Shown: positions 8,835 through 19,086 of the stretch, piece by piece
Position numbering within the stretch: position 1 is the stretch's first letter
How the letters are laid out: the number at the start of each line of letters is the position of its first letter
From: an uncultured Anaerolineales bacterium
Lineage (GTDB): Bacteria; Chloroflexota; Anaerolineae; Anaerolineales; UBA11858
Direction: 5' to 3'
DNA: 64,000 nucleotides
Assembly (NCBI GenBank): GCA_964453155.1
Contig: CAYVQU010000001.1
Location: 14,770 to 78,769, forward strand
Position numbers and translations under genes: made by a program
The notes under the pieces: generated by a model
Database searches by the model: none
What the model saw: the letters and a program-made list of their open reading frames with translations, nothing else
Told to the model about the DNA's origin: nothing

Positions 8835-10376
8835 ATGAAACATATCGCCCGATCGACTCTCATCATCGCTATATTTTTCGGTCTCGAAAAAATATTGGGA
8901 TTTGTTCGCCAAATCATTATTTCACGAACTTTTGGCCGCTCTATGGAATTAGATGCCTTTAATGCCGCCAATAACATCCCGGATATGTTGTTTGCCTTAA
9001 TCTCTGGGGGCGCATTGGCAATGGCCTTGATCCCGGTGTTATCGGAATATCTGGAAACCAAAGGTCGCCCCCAAGCCTGGGATGTATTCGCTCGCATCGC
9101 CAACCTGGTATTTTTGGTGACTGCCGGATTTTCGATCTTGATTGCTATTTTCGCCGACCAACTCGTCCAATGGAATATCGGTATCGCACCTGGGTTCGGT
9201 CCCGAACAACAAGCCCTAGTCGCCGACCTAATGCGCATCAATTTAGTTGCAACCTTGTTGTTCTCAATGGCTGGTCTCGTGATTGCAGGTTTGCAGGCCA
9301 ACCAACATTTCCTTCTTCCAGCCCTGGCTCCCAGCTTGTACGATATCGGGGCCCTGATTGGCATTTTGATCCTGGTGCCGACCGAGAGTTTGGCTTTCGG
9401 GCCAATTACCTTGCCAGCATTTGGGTTAGGCATCCGTGGATTAGTTTATGGTACCGTGTTGGGTGCGGCCCTTTTTTTGGGGATCCAAATTCCCGGTTTG
9501 TGGCGATATCAATTCAAATGGACTCCCAAAGTCGATGTAAAACATCCTGGAATTCAAAAGGTTCTAATCGTCTTAGGGCCCCGAGTTCTGACCATGTTTT
9601 TCATTCAAGCAGTATTCATTGCTCAAGACAACATTGCATCTCGTCTGATTGCGGGTTCGGTCACTGCGTTAGTTTATGGGTGGTTGTTCATGCAAGTACC
9701 AGAATCACTCATCGGGACAGCAATTGGAACAGCTTTACTGCCGACACTATCTGAACACGCGGCGCGGCAGGATATTGCCCGATTAAAATCTACCTTAAAT
9801 ACCGCAGTACGCGTAATCTTAGCTCTGGCAATTCCGGCAACGCTATTGATGATCGTCGGGGTCCCCCATTTGGTCGGGATTTTAGGCTTTGATGAGATTG
9901 GCACTCAACTTGTCATTGCCAGTTCCCAGGCCTATATGCTAGGTCTGATCGCGTTTGCTCTGACCGAAGTCACCGCACGTACATTCTACGCCCAACAAAA
10001 CGCCCGCACGCCTCTGCTGACGATCATCTTGACTGCCACTGTCTTCATTTTGCTGGCTATCCCCCTCGCTAACTGGATTGGAGCCCCTGGGATCGCGCTG
10101 GCAAATTCCACCGCATTCACCATCCAGTTAGGCCTCATGGTTTACTTGCTAAAACGCGAATTTCCTGGCTTTGCCAACGCCAGATCAACCCTTACGCGCG
10201 TAATTCCAGCCTCCATCGGCAGCACACTTTTGGTATTGTTAGCCCTTCGACTCATCCCGCTGGCTTCCCTAGGGTTTCTGATGCAAACAGTCGTTACCAG
10301 CGCGTTGCTTGGAATTGGCGGAATAATCATTCTGCCATTTATTTGGCCGGAAATTAAACTCATTTCAAACTTATGA
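8835..10376 (+). CDS. murJ: Lipid II flippase MurJ (MviN family)
   Basis: 513 aa polytopic membrane protein. N-terminal FGLEKILGFVRQIIISRTFG...ELDAFNAANNIPDMLF is the MurJ/MviN signature region. Confidence 0.88.
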   Translation: MKHIARSTLIIAIFFGLEKILGFVRQIIISRTFGRSMELDAFNAANNIPDMLFALISGGALAMALIPVLSEYLETKGRPQAWDVFARIANLVFLVTAGFSILIAIFADQLVQWNIGIAPGFGPEQQALVADLMRINLVATLLFSMAGLVIAGLQANQHFLLPALAPSLYDIGALIGILILVPTESLAFGPITLPAFGLGIRGLVYGTVLGAALFLGIQIPGLWRYQFKWTPKVDVKHPGIQKVLIVLGPRVLTMFFIQAVFIAQDNIASRLIAGSVTALVYGWLFMQVPESLIGTAIGTALLPTLSEHAARQDIARLKSTLNTAVRVILALAIPATLLMIVGVPHLVGILGFDEIGTQLVIASSQAYMLGLIAFALTEVTARTFYAQQNARTPLLTIILTATVFILLAIPLANWIGAPGIALANSTAFTIQLGLMVYLLKREFPGFANARSTLTRVIPASIGSTLLVLLALRLIPLASLGFLMQTVVTSALLGIGGIIILPFIWPEIKLISNL

Positions 10377-10987
10377 TGACAATTCCCTCCCGAGAGGCTG
10401 CCGACCATTATCTCGCAGAAGCCAGTCACCTCAATCCTGGTTTATGGGTTGATCATTCCCACCAAGTCGCCCTCGCCGCCCAGAAACTCGCAGCCCACCA
10501 CCCCCAACTTTCTCCAGATTATGCCTACGCCCTAGGTCTGCTCCACGACATCGGCCGCCGCGCGGGGGTGACCGATATGCGCCATGTTCTCGATGGCTAC
10601 CATTTTCTGGTCACTGAAGGCTATCCAGATGCGGCTCAAATTTGCCTGACCCATTCATTTCCACTGCCCTACACCGGCGTTGGCTCGGGAAAATGGGATT
10701 GCTCCTCAGCCGAACTAGACTTTATCCAAAGTTATCTCGATCAGGTTGAATATACGCAATACGATCGGTTAATCCAACTCTGCGATGCGATTTGTTTACC
10801 GACAGGTCCGGTTTTAATGGATAAACGGCTAATGGATGTTGCGCTGCGACATGGGTTCAACGATTACACCATCCAAAAATGGCAAGCCTTTATGGCTATT
10901 CAAACCGAGTTCGAAGCCGAATTTGGAGCTTCAATTTACCAGTTCTTACCTGAAGTGGTAGTCAATACTTTTGGTTTCCGGCCGTAG
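10373..10987 (+). CDS. HD-domain metal-dependent phosphohydrolase
   Basis: 204 aa. HSHQVA ... LGLLHDIGRR (His...His-Asp signature). Start overlaps the murJ stop (ATGA). Confidence 0.7.
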   Translation: MMTIPSREAADHYLAEASHLNPGLWVDHSHQVALAAQKLAAHHPQLSPDYAYALGLLHDIGRRAGVTDMRHVLDGYHFLVTEGYPDAAQICLTHSFPLPYTGVGSGKWDCSSAELDFIQSYLDQVEYTQYDRLIQLCDAICLPTGPVLMDKRLMDVALRHGFNDYTIQKWQAFMAIQTEFEAEFGASIYQFLPEVVVNTFGFRP

Positions 10988-11034
10988 ACCACTTTCGAAA
11001 TTTGCGGGTATACTTGGCTCTGGAGATTGAATAC

Positions 11035-11283
11035 ATGAACAAACCCCTTTTTGACCAATTTTTACGCGAATATGTGCGTGAAGCCCTGATTTATGGCGAC
11101 AACAAAGTCGATCTAGCTGCCGATTACCTCTTAGGATTAAAAAAACCAGGAATCTTCTCCAAAGGTGAGAAAAAGCAAGCCCTCGAACGCGCCCAGAAAG
11201 TATTTGGCTCCTATCGCGATCGCCCGGTCTGGTTCATCCTGAAATGTTTGGCGATTGATCCCAAAGACATCGAAAACGCCTGA
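11035..11283 (+). CDS. Hypothetical small protein (82 aa)
   Basis: ORF track starts at TTG 11002. The ATG at 11035 is preceded by GGAGA 7 nt upstream. No recognisable motif. Confidence 0.45.
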   Translation: MNKPLFDQFLREYVREALIYGDNKVDLAADYLLGLKKPGIFSKGEKKQALERAQKVFGSYRDRPVWFILKCLAIDPKDIENA

Positions 11284-11293
11284 AAATTTTTCT

Positions 11294-12775
11294 GTGAAAT
11301 TAATTTATAAATGGATCGCGGCCTTGGCCGTGATCTTGTTGTTTATATCTGAAAGTTGGTTGTTGCCAGCCGCTTCATCTGGAAATTGGGAGGCTAAGGT
11401 CGATCCCCAGGTTTTAAGCGCGGCTTCAAGCGGATCAACCGAATTCCTGGTCATTCTGAAGTCCCAGGCCGATCTGACGGCTGCTGAAAACTTAACAAGC
11501 AAATCCGAAAAAGGGTATTTTGTATACGAGACTTTAACTTCGCTAGCAGCAGCATCTCAAAGACAAATTCAAACCGAATTAGATTTTTTTGGGGTGAAAT
11601 ACAAGCCCTTTTGGATCATTAATATGTTGTGGGTTCAGGGGGATCATAACCTCATCCAAAGAATCGCCCAACGGAATGAAATTGCGCATATCACATCTAA
11701 TCCTCAGATCCAATTCCAGCAGCCGACAAATCAAATCACTAATCTTCCCCAAGAGGTCACTACAATTACCTGGGGGGTCAACCAGGTCAATGCTCCTCAG
11801 GTTTGGGACTTAGGCTACACCGGCGAAGGCATCGTCATCGGCGGCCAGGATACCGGCTATGTCTGGGATCACGAAGCCCTGAAAGATCAATATCGCGGCT
11901 GGGATGGCAATTCGGCAGACCATAACTTCAATTGGTACGATCCGGTCATCTCGACGACCGTTCCAGTAGACCCCCATGGGCATGGCACCCACACCATGGG
12001 CACCATGATCGGCAGTGATGTCAGTGGGACAGCCATTGGCATTGCCCCCGGTGCAAAATGGATCGGCTGCCGCAATATGGACCAGAACGGGGTTGGGACA
12101 CCGGCAACTTATGCCGCCTGTTATCAATGGTTTATCGCGCCAACTGATCTGACCGGTGAGGGGGCTGATCCAGCCAAAGCGCCCCATGTGATCAATAACT
12201 CCTGGGCTTGCCCTACTGGTGAAGGCTGCGCAATCACCACGCTGATCACCGCAACCCAACGAGTCCGTGAGGCGGGAATTGTAACCGTCCACTCTACTGG
12301 GAACTCCGGGTCTGGCTGTGGCACAGTCAACACCCCATCAGCCATCTATGATGAGTCCTTTTCTGTGGGCGCCACCGATAGTAGCGACAACATCGCCAGT
12401 TTTAGCAGCCGCGGCCCGGTCACTGTTGATGGCAGCAATCGCTTGAAACCCGATATTTCTGCACCGGGAGTGGGGATTTGGTCTAGCACCAAAGATGGGA
12501 GTTACGGTCTAAATCAGGGCACCAGCATGGCATCGCCACATGTTGCGGGGGTTGTGGCGCTAATTCTGTCCGCAAATCCTAACTTAATTGGTCAAGTGGA
12601 TGAGATTGAAACCCTACTTCAGGAAAGTGCTCAACCACGCTACACATCTGAAGGCTGCGGCGGCGATCAAAACGATTCGCATCCCAATCACACCTATGGC
12701 TACGGTTTGGTTGACGCCTGGGCGACCTTTCAACGGACGATGGAAATCATCTATTTCCCGCTAATTTTCAGATGA
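11294..12775 (+). CDS. Secreted subtilisin-like serine protease (peptidase S8) with I9-type propeptide
   Basis: Catalytic triad contexts GGQDTGY (Asp), HGHGTHTMGT (His) and GTSMASPHVAG (Ser). An N-terminal hydrophobic signal KLIYKWIAALAVILLF follows an in-frame GTG at 11294. The ORF track starts at TTG 11255, so the start is uncertain. Confidence 0.88.
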   Translation: MKLIYKWIAALAVILLFISESWLLPAASSGNWEAKVDPQVLSAASSGSTEFLVILKSQADLTAAENLTSKSEKGYFVYETLTSLAAASQRQIQTELDFFGVKYKPFWIINMLWVQGDHNLIQRIAQRNEIAHITSNPQIQFQQPTNQITNLPQEVTTITWGVNQVNAPQVWDLGYTGEGIVIGGQDTGYVWDHEALKDQYRGWDGNSADHNFNWYDPVISTTVPVDPHGHGTHTMGTMIGSDVSGTAIGIAPGAKWIGCRNMDQNGVGTPATYAACYQWFIAPTDLTGEGADPAKAPHVINNSWACPTGEGCAITTLITATQRVREAGIVTVHSTGNSGSGCGTVNTPSAIYDESFSVGATDSSDNIASFSSRGPVTVDGSNRLKPDISAPGVGIWSSTKDGSYGLNQGTSMASPHVAGVVALILSANPNLIGQVDEIETLLQESAQPRYTSEGCGGDQNDSHPNHTYGYGLVDAWATFQRTMEIIYFPLIFR

Positions 12776-12784
12776 ATAGAAAAA

Positions 12785-12808
12785 GGCCTCAGAAATTCAT
12801 CTGAGGCC
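12785..12808. terminator. Shared hairpin terminator between the convergent S8 protease gene and the BMP ABC operon
   Basis: GGCCTCAGA / TCTGAGGCC 9-bp stem with 6-nt loop. A5 upstream (12780-12784) gives a U-run for the - strand transcript. Confidence 0.6.
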
Positions 12809-12837
12809 TCAATATCCTTTAGCTGTTCTTCTACTGA

Positions 12838-14361
12838 TTAACCATTTTCAACTTCCGAACCGGCCATCAAAAGACCTAATTCGGATTTGGTGACTTGATC
12901 CACATCCATTGTGGCAACGATTTCCCCGTGATACATCACTGCGATCCGATCAGCGAGTGAACGGATCTCATCCAGTTCGGCCGAAATCAACAACACGGCC
13001 GCACCTTCATCACGTTCTTTGATGATCTGGCTGTGAATATATTCGATGGAACCAACATCTAAACCTCGGGTTGGCTGGTTAGCGATCAGCAACTTGACTG
13101 AGCGGCTTAACTCACGGGCCACAATCACTTTCTGCTGATTACCACCCGATAGGTTCCCAGCCGGAACCGCGGACCCCGGTGTGCGCACATCAAATTGTTC
13201 AACCAATTGATCGGCATTCTTCAAAACTGCCCCAGCATCCCGCTGCAAACCGTTGGCAAATGGTTTCTGGTAGTAAGTACACAGGACCATATTATCGGCA
13301 ATCGAATAGGGTAAAACCAGACCGTGTTTCTGGCGATCTTCGGGGATGTGAGAAACACCTGATTCGGCCAAAACACGCGGATTCTCAAAGGGCAGCGGCT
13401 CATTGTTGAGCATGATCGTGCCCCTTTCGGCACCCCGCAAGCCTGTTAGGGTTTCAGCCAATTCAGTTTGACCGTTCCCTTGAACACCTGCAATCCCCAA
13501 AATTTCACCCGCTCGGACATCAAAGGAGATATTGCGAACTGCCTCAACGTCTCGCTCGTCCACAATGGTCAAATCTTTAACTTCAAGAACGACATCTTTG
13601 GGCTCAGCCGGGGTTTTCTCAACTTCCAGGATCACTTCACGGCCGACCATCATTTCGGCTAAACCTTGTTCGTCCGTTTCAGAGGGTACAGCAGTCCCCA
13701 CGAGTTGGCCGCGGCGCATAACCGAAATCCGGTCGGCGACAGCCAACACTTCTTTGAGTTTGTGGGTAATAAAAATGATCGATACACCCCGCTCGGTGAG
13801 ATGCCGCATGATGCGGAAGAGGTCATCAGCTTCTTGTGGGGTTAGCACCGCGGTTGGTTCGTCCAAGACCAAAATTTTGGCGTTTCGATAAAGGGCTTTG
13901 ATGATCTCAACGCGTTGCTGAATGCCTACCGGTAAGTCTTCGATGATGGCTCGGGGGTCAACTTCCAAACCATACTCCTGGGAGAGTTCCCGAATTTGAC
14001 GGCGCGCAGAGCGAATATCAAGGGAAGGGCCTTTGGTGACTTCGGAGCCGAGGATGATATTCTCGGTCACTGAGAAAACGGGCACCAACATAAAGTGCTG
14101 GTGAACCATCCCCACCCCCGCGTGGATCGCATCATGCGGGTTGCGGATTTCGGCTTGCTCACCATCAATGAAGAATTCTCCTTCATCAGGGCTGTACAGG
14201 CCGTAAATCACATTCATCAGGGTCGATTTTCCGGCCCCGTTTTCTCCAAGAAGAGCATGGATTTCGCCTTTTTCAAGGGTAAAGTTCACCCGATCATTGG
14301 CGATTACACCCGGAAAGCGTTTGGTAATATTGCGAACTTCTAAGGCTAAAGGTGCGTTCAT
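12838..14361 (-). CDS. ABC transporter ATP-binding protein, duplicated NBD (sugar/nucleoside CUT2-type)
   Basis: 507 aa. NBD1 has GENGAGKST and ILVLDEPT. NBD2 has GVQGNGQTE, LSGGNQQK and LLIANQPTRGLD. Confidence 0.92.
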   Translation of the reverse strand: MNAPLALEVRNITKRFPGVIANDRVNFTLEKGEIHALLGENGAGKSTLMNVIYGLYSPDEGEFFIDGEQAEIRNPHDAIHAGVGMVHQHFMLVPVFSVTENIILGSEVTKGPSLDIRSARRQIRELSQEYGLEVDPRAIIEDLPVGIQQRVEIIKALYRNAKILVLDEPTAVLTPQEADDLFRIMRHLTERGVSIIFITHKLKEVLAVADRISVMRRGQLVGTAVPSETDEQGLAEMMVGREVILEVEKTPAEPKDVVLEVKDLTIVDERDVEAVRNISFDVRAGEILGIAGVQGNGQTELAETLTGLRGAERGTIMLNNEPLPFENPRVLAESGVSHIPEDRQKHGLVLPYSIADNMVLCTYYQKPFANGLQRDAGAVLKNADQLVEQFDVRTPGSAVPAGNLSGGNQQKVIVARELSRSVKLLIANQPTRGLDVGSIEYIHSQIIKERDEGAAVLLISAELDEIRSLADRIAVMYHGEIVATMDVDQVTKSELGLLMAGSEVENG

Positions 14362-14364
14362 GGG

Positions 14365-15387
14365 CTACTCCTTCTCGTAAGGGATACCATCGGCCGCCGG
14401 AACGCGGGTCCGTCCGACAAAACCGGCCAATACCAGGATGGTCATGAGGTAGGGGATCATCCCAATGAACTGATGGGGGATATCGATCGTCCCGGCAAAT
14501 TGTAACTGCGTTTGGATCGCCGAAGTCAACCCGAACAGCAGCGCGGCTCCCCACGCGCCAAAGGGCGTGTACTTCCCAAAGAGCATACAGGCCAGGGCGA
14601 CAAAACCGCGGCCATTGGTCATCAGGCGTTCAAAGGAGCCAACGGCTTCCAGTGTCAAGAAAACACCACCAAGTCCGGCAATGGCCCCGCCCAAAATAAC
14701 GTTGACATAGCGCATCAAGTAAACATTGACGCCAACTGTGTCCGCCGCCCGCGGATGTTCACCAACCGCCCGGGTCCGCAAACCCCAGCGAGTCCGAAAG
14801 ATCAAATAATGCACAAAAAAGACCAGAAGAATCGCGGCATAGGTGATCGGCGGATTGTTGAAGAATACTTTGCCAATAATGGGAATATCAGCCAATGGCC
14901 CCAAAGCGATCGGCTGCAATTTCCCTTCTGTGGTCAAACCGACCTGATAAAAATAGCCGGTTAATCCAATGGCAATAATATTAATCACCGTCCCCCCAAT
15001 GATCTGGTCAATTTTTAAGGTGACCGACATAAAGGCCAATAATAAACCGAGCAGCGCTCCAGTCAAAAGCCCAGCGGCCACAGCCATGATCAGATTACCG
15101 GTCCAGACATTGGCCAAAAAGCCGATAAAAGCCGACATTAGCATCTGACCTTCAATGCCAATATTGATAACGCCCACGCGTTCACCCAACAGGCCGCATA
15201 AGGCTCCTAGGATGAGAGGAGTGGATTGGCGCACCGCCGAAGCGAGAACCGCCTCTGTAATCCGCTGATTTTGAGAATAAAAAAACAAAATGGCGAGCAC
15301 AACAACCAAACCGCCACCAATCATGACGCCATAGCGGCGCAAGAAATATTTCCAATCGGGGAGGGTAGAGTAGGTATCGGTAGTCAT
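14365..15387 (-). CDS. ABC transporter permease (BMP/nucleoside-type)
   Basis: 340 aa polytopic membrane protein, adjacent in the operon to the ATPase and a second permease. Confidence 0.85.
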   Translation of the reverse strand: MTTDTYSTLPDWKYFLRRYGVMIGGGLVVVLAILFFYSQNQRITEAVLASAVRQSTPLILGALCGLLGERVGVINIGIEGQMLMSAFIGFLANVWTGNLIMAVAAGLLTGALLGLLLAFMSVTLKIDQIIGGTVINIIAIGLTGYFYQVGLTTEGKLQPIALGPLADIPIIGKVFFNNPPITYAAILLVFFVHYLIFRTRWGLRTRAVGEHPRAADTVGVNVYLMRYVNVILGGAIAGLGGVFLTLEAVGSFERLMTNGRGFVALACMLFGKYTPFGAWGAALLFGLTSAIQTQLQFAGTIDIPHQFIGMIPYLMTILVLAGFVGRTRVPAADGIPYEKE

Positions 15388-15402
15388 ATCGTTTCCAGCC
15401 TC

Positions 15403-16524
15403 CTATTGGGAACCCCAGCCCGAACTGAGGGTGATGCGTTCTTCATCCGATTCGCGCATCCGGAAAACCCAACGCACGATCATATCGGCAGCAACGAAGA
15501 ATAAGATTAGGGCCTGGATCACATCGGTGATCTCTTTAGCAACTCCAGCCGAAAACTGCATCTGACTGGCACCAGCTTTCATGGCTCCCACGAAAATGGC
15601 TGCTGGAATAACGCCAAATGGGTTGGTTTTTGATAATAATGCAATCGTAATACCATCAAAACCCAGCCCCGCATTAAAGCCGGGTTGATAGCGTCCCACC
15701 ACAGCTTGGGTTTCAATTGCGCCCCCCAAACCGGCCAATACACCGCTCAATACCATGGTTAAAATAACGGTCCGGGCAACTTTGATCCCAGCATATTTGG
15801 CCGCATGGGGGTTCTGACCGACCGTCTGAATTTCAAAGCCAAGAGTGGTTTTATCGAGGACCCACCAAACCAAAATTGCGAATAAGATTGCGATCACAAA
15901 ACCCAGGGATATTCCCCCAATTTCAGGGATACGGGCCGAATCCATAATGGCGGGGGTACGGGCCACGATATTACCCGGGGAAGTATCTTTCCAAGGGCCA
16001 TCAGCCAAAAAATCGGTGATGTTGATGGCAATATAGTTGAGCATGATGGTGGTGATCACCTCATGCGCCCCGGTAAACGTCTTCAAGGCTCCGGGGATGG
16101 CACCATACAGGGCCCCGGCAAGGCCACCTCCTAATAGTGCCAAAGGGATATGAATAATTGCAGGCAAGCCTTCAATACCAAAGCCAATCCAGGCCGCGAT
16201 AATCGCGCCAAAAAGTAATTGGCCCTGGGCTCCAATGTTGAATAAACCGGCTTTGAAAGCAAAGGCAACGGCCAGACCACTAAAAATAAGGGGAGTCGCT
16301 TTTTCGAGCGTGCGGCCGATAGCCCGTAGGTTCCCAAATGAACCCTGCAACAAGGCTGCATAGGCAGAAAAAGGATTCGCACCTGAAACAGCCAAAATAA
16401 TCGCACCAATTAGCGCCGCCAATAAAACCGCGGCCAATGGTACGCTAACTGCACTCCAAACTGCTGGTAAAACGGAGTTCTGGGGGGGTGAAGACGCGGC
16501 TTTTTGATCTTCGGTCATAAGCAT
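15403..16524 (-). CDS. ABC transporter permease (BMP/nucleoside-type)
   Basis: 373 aa polytopic membrane protein, in operon context. Confidence 0.85.
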   Translation of the reverse strand: MLMTEDQKAASSPPQNSVLPAVWSAVSVPLAAVLLAALIGAIILAVSGANPFSAYAALLQGSFGNLRAIGRTLEKATPLIFSGLAVAFAFKAGLFNIGAQGQLLFGAIIAAWIGFGIEGLPAIIHIPLALLGGGLAGALYGAIPGALKTFTGAHEVITTIMLNYIAINITDFLADGPWKDTSPGNIVARTPAIMDSARIPEIGGISLGFVIAILFAILVWWVLDKTTLGFEIQTVGQNPHAAKYAGIKVARTVILTMVLSGVLAGLGGAIETQAVVGRYQPGFNAGLGFDGITIALLSKTNPFGVIPAAIFVGAMKAGASQMQFSAGVAKEITDVIQALILFFVAADMIVRWVFRMRESDEERITLSSGWGSQ

Positions 16525-16600
16525 CTTCCTCTTTATTTATTTGCAGATTTTGGAAAGTAATAAGATTAAAAAAATCAGGTACAAACCGAAATCTGCTAAG

Positions 16601-16706
16601 GTGGTGTGGTTAATCTTGACAATAATAAAACAAAGCCAAAACCACACCACACTTAAGTGCAAAAGTGCGGCGCACTCTACTTCTCAAAGAGTGAGTGCGC
16701 CGCACT
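16601..16706 (-). promoter_or_regulatory. Two intercistronic stem-loops between the BMP binding-protein gene and the permease genes (attenuator / mRNA-stabiliser type)
   Basis: Hairpin 1 is 16664-16706, with a 14-bp stem (A)GTGCGGCGCACTC / GAGTGCGCCGCAC(T), followed on the - strand by UUUU. Hairpin 2 is 16601-16650, with an 11-bp stem GTGGTGTGGTT / AACCACACCAC. Confidence 0.55.
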
Positions 16707-16730
16707 CGGATCTAAAGTTGCAGCAAAGAA

Positions 16731-17762
16731 TTATTGACCGTAGCCAGTGGAAACGCTGCCGTCTTTGAGGCCGGCATCCAGTTCAACCAAAAGGTCTTTC
16801 ACATCTTGGGGAACATCGCCATCGAAATCATGGAAGGGAGCCAAACCAGTCCCACCGAAGTACAGACCGGGGACAGGACCAGCAAAAGCGCCATCCTTGG
16901 AAAGTTTGACGAGATCAAAAACTCCAGGGGTAATCAATTTCATTGCGCTGGAGATCAAGCAGGGGTGGGCCTCAGGCACAGTGCCCCATTGATCGCTGTC
17001 AACACCGATGCAGTAAACACCAGCATTGGAGGCAACCTCGATGAGAGCGCCATTACCGGTCTTGCCACCGGCACCAAAGACCACATCTGCGCCATTGTCA
17101 ATCGCCTGTTTGGCGGTAGTAGCACCCCACTCGGGGTCGGTGAAGGCCACATCCAGGCCACCGGGGTGGTAGGTGGAGATCAGATTGATGTCAGGGTTGA
17201 CGTAGCGAGCGCCAGCTTCATAACCTTCTTTGAAAGCCACAACCGGGGGAACCAAGTCGGTGCCTAAAACGGCCGCGATCGTGCCACTTGTGCTCATCTT
17301 GGCAGCCAAAGCGCCAGCGAGGAAACCAGCCTGGTCTTCAGGGAAGAGCAGACCAATTACATTGGGGATGGACCCATCATTCCATTGGTCAACACCGATG
17401 AAATCGACATCGGGGTATTCGCCAGCGGCGATACCAGTGGCCTCACCCATAGCAAAACCTACGGTCACGATGACATCGTAGCCTTTGTCAGCGAAGAGAG
17501 CGATATTGGCGCCGTAGTCTTTGCCGTCTTTGGTTTCGATGTAGTTCACAATTGCACCAAGTTCTTCTTCAGCCAATTGAGCGCCTTCCCAAGCAGATTG
17601 GTTGAAGGACTTGTCGTCAACTTCACCAACATCGGTTACCAGACCAACACAAAACACTTCTTCTTTGCCACAATCGGCCTCGGTAGCTTCCGACTGGCAG
17701 CCTACCAAAACCATTGTAGCCATGACCACAAGGGCCAAAATCAAAAACAATTTCTTGGACAT
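16731..17762 (-). CDS. BMP-family (PnrA/Med-like) ABC substrate-binding lipoprotein
   Basis: ATG at 17760-17762 is preceded by GGAGGAG. MSKKLFLILALVVMATMVLVGC lipobox. The body matches basic-membrane-protein family binding proteins (DKSFNQSAWEG..., GVDSDQ). Confidence 0.88.
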   Translation of the reverse strand: MSKKLFLILALVVMATMVLVGCQSEATEADCGKEEVFCVGLVTDVGEVDDKSFNQSAWEGAQLAEEELGAIVNYIETKDGKDYGANIALFADKGYDVIVTVGFAMGEATGIAAGEYPDVDFIGVDQWNDGSIPNVIGLLFPEDQAGFLAGALAAKMSTSGTIAAVLGTDLVPPVVAFKEGYEAGARYVNPDINLISTYHPGGLDVAFTDPEWGATTAKQAIDNGADVVFGAGGKTGNGALIEVASNAGVYCIGVDSDQWGTVPEAHPCLISSAMKLITPGVFDLVKLSKDGAFAGPVPGLYFGGTGLAPFHDFDGDVPQDVKDLLVELDAGLKDGSVSTGYGQ

Positions 17763-17938
17763 ACAGAGCTCCTCCAAAAGAAAGAAAAAAAGGGATTTTA
17801 AAGTGGGTCCTAGACTAACCCACCGCCCTAAAGTCTAGCATAAAGTGATTAATTCCGCAATATGCCTTATTTCATACATAGGGCCAAGCGTAAAGATATC
17901 AACAATCAAATTTACGATCAGATCTCAATCTGCCATTT

Positions 17939-19000
17939 TCAAGGGATTTGAGTTGAATTTGTGCCGAGGTCAATATAATCAGATTGAACTGAAAACAATA
18001 TTTCTTCGACCAGTCTTTGTTTTCCAGGACTTAGCAATTCCGAGTTGATATCAAATAATGTCAGGGGAACTGAAACTGAACGTTGATTTTCAGCCGCGAC
18101 AAAGTCTGACCAAGTCTCTGGGAATACCAATAATGGATCAGAACGAAGAGAAGCAATCCAGTGATCCTGAATATCGGCCAGGGGAAGGGTACCGCCGATG
18201 AGGTTCACCCCAGACTGGGCTAAGTGCCTCAGCATCGCATCATCTCCAGCCCCGGGAACAACATAAACCGTCTCAACCTGGCGGTGGATCATGAATTCAG
18301 CCGCAGCATGCCATTCTGAGTTATCCGCATCGGCGCTCAACTCAAAAAACAATGGGTACTCAAAGAATGGGGGGTATTCTGGCAAACATAATCCACAATA
18401 GAATTTCACTCCAGTTAGAAAGGCCTGCCGGGCTGCGAGGGTTTCTTCGGAACTAGATAACCCAATAACCCCAACCCGCCAATCCGCAGTGATAAGGGCA
18501 GCCATATACCCCGCGACGAACCCCTGACGATCCAAACGCGCCATTTCACCCCCAATTTGGGTTAAATTGGGAGTGGGATTTAACCCCTGGATATCGATCG
18601 TCAAAAAACGGGTTTCAGGATGACTGGCAATTATTTCTGACAGGTCAGGAAAATCTGCTACGGCTACGACAAATTTAATTACTTCTCGTGAAAAATCATC
18701 CGGTGAAAGGCGGGGCCGAACCTGGAAGCGATAACCGAGTGTTTTTACTGATTCCGCAACAATTGGTTGAACAGCGGAAACAATGCGGGAATCGGCCTCT
18801 GGAGGGGCTACCAAAACACCCACTTCTGGCAGCGGTGTAACTGTCAACGTAGGAATTTCGGTTGGCAGTATTGTCACCGTAGGGCTTGAAGTGACTGTTG
18901 GAGTTGGCGGCAAACTTGCATCGGAATTTTGGCAACCAAACAGAAAGAATAGCCCCATAATGACGAATGAAAAATATCTTATTCGAAGCGTTTGTTTCAA
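17939..19000 (-). CDS. Putative lipoprotein, possibly a divergent periplasmic-binding-fold (BMP-like) protein
   Basis: 353 aa. TTG start preceded by GGAGGAG. Signal plus lipobox FFLFGC, a PT-rich linker, then alternating beta-alpha pattern (VGVIGLSSSEETLAARQAF..., VYVVPGAGDDAMLRHL). The fold assignment is inference. Confidence 0.5.
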   Translation of the reverse strand: MKQTLRIRYFSFVIMGLFFLFGCQNSDASLPPTPTVTSSPTVTILPTEIPTLTVTPLPEVGVLVAPPEADSRIVSAVQPIVAESVKTLGYRFQVRPRLSPDDFSREVIKFVVAVADFPDLSEIIASHPETRFLTIDIQGLNPTPNLTQIGGEMARLDRQGFVAGYMAALITADWRVGVIGLSSSEETLAARQAFLTGVKFYCGLCLPEYPPFFEYPLFFELSADADNSEWHAAAEFMIHRQVETVYVVPGAGDDAMLRHLAQSGVNLIGGTLPLADIQDHWIASLRSDPLLVFPETWSDFVAAENQRSVSVPLTLFDINSELLSPGKQRLVEEILFSVQSDYIDLGTNSTQIP

Positions 19001-19086
19001 AGAAATTCTCCTCCGAAAAAATGATCCGGAGTATTTTACTCCATTTTACCGAAGCGTAGGATACAATATTCCTGTATAATTGCCCT

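Noticed and set aside
8822-9433. 203-aa - strand ORF inside murJ. Similar antisense ORFs occur at 16734-17267, 19998-20504, 37467-38021, 49048-49605 and 53574-54257.
   Set aside because: All are fully embedded antisense to genes with clear family motifs. Their translations are Pro/Arg/Ser-rich or low-complexity, and they lack an SD. They are typical shadow ORFs.
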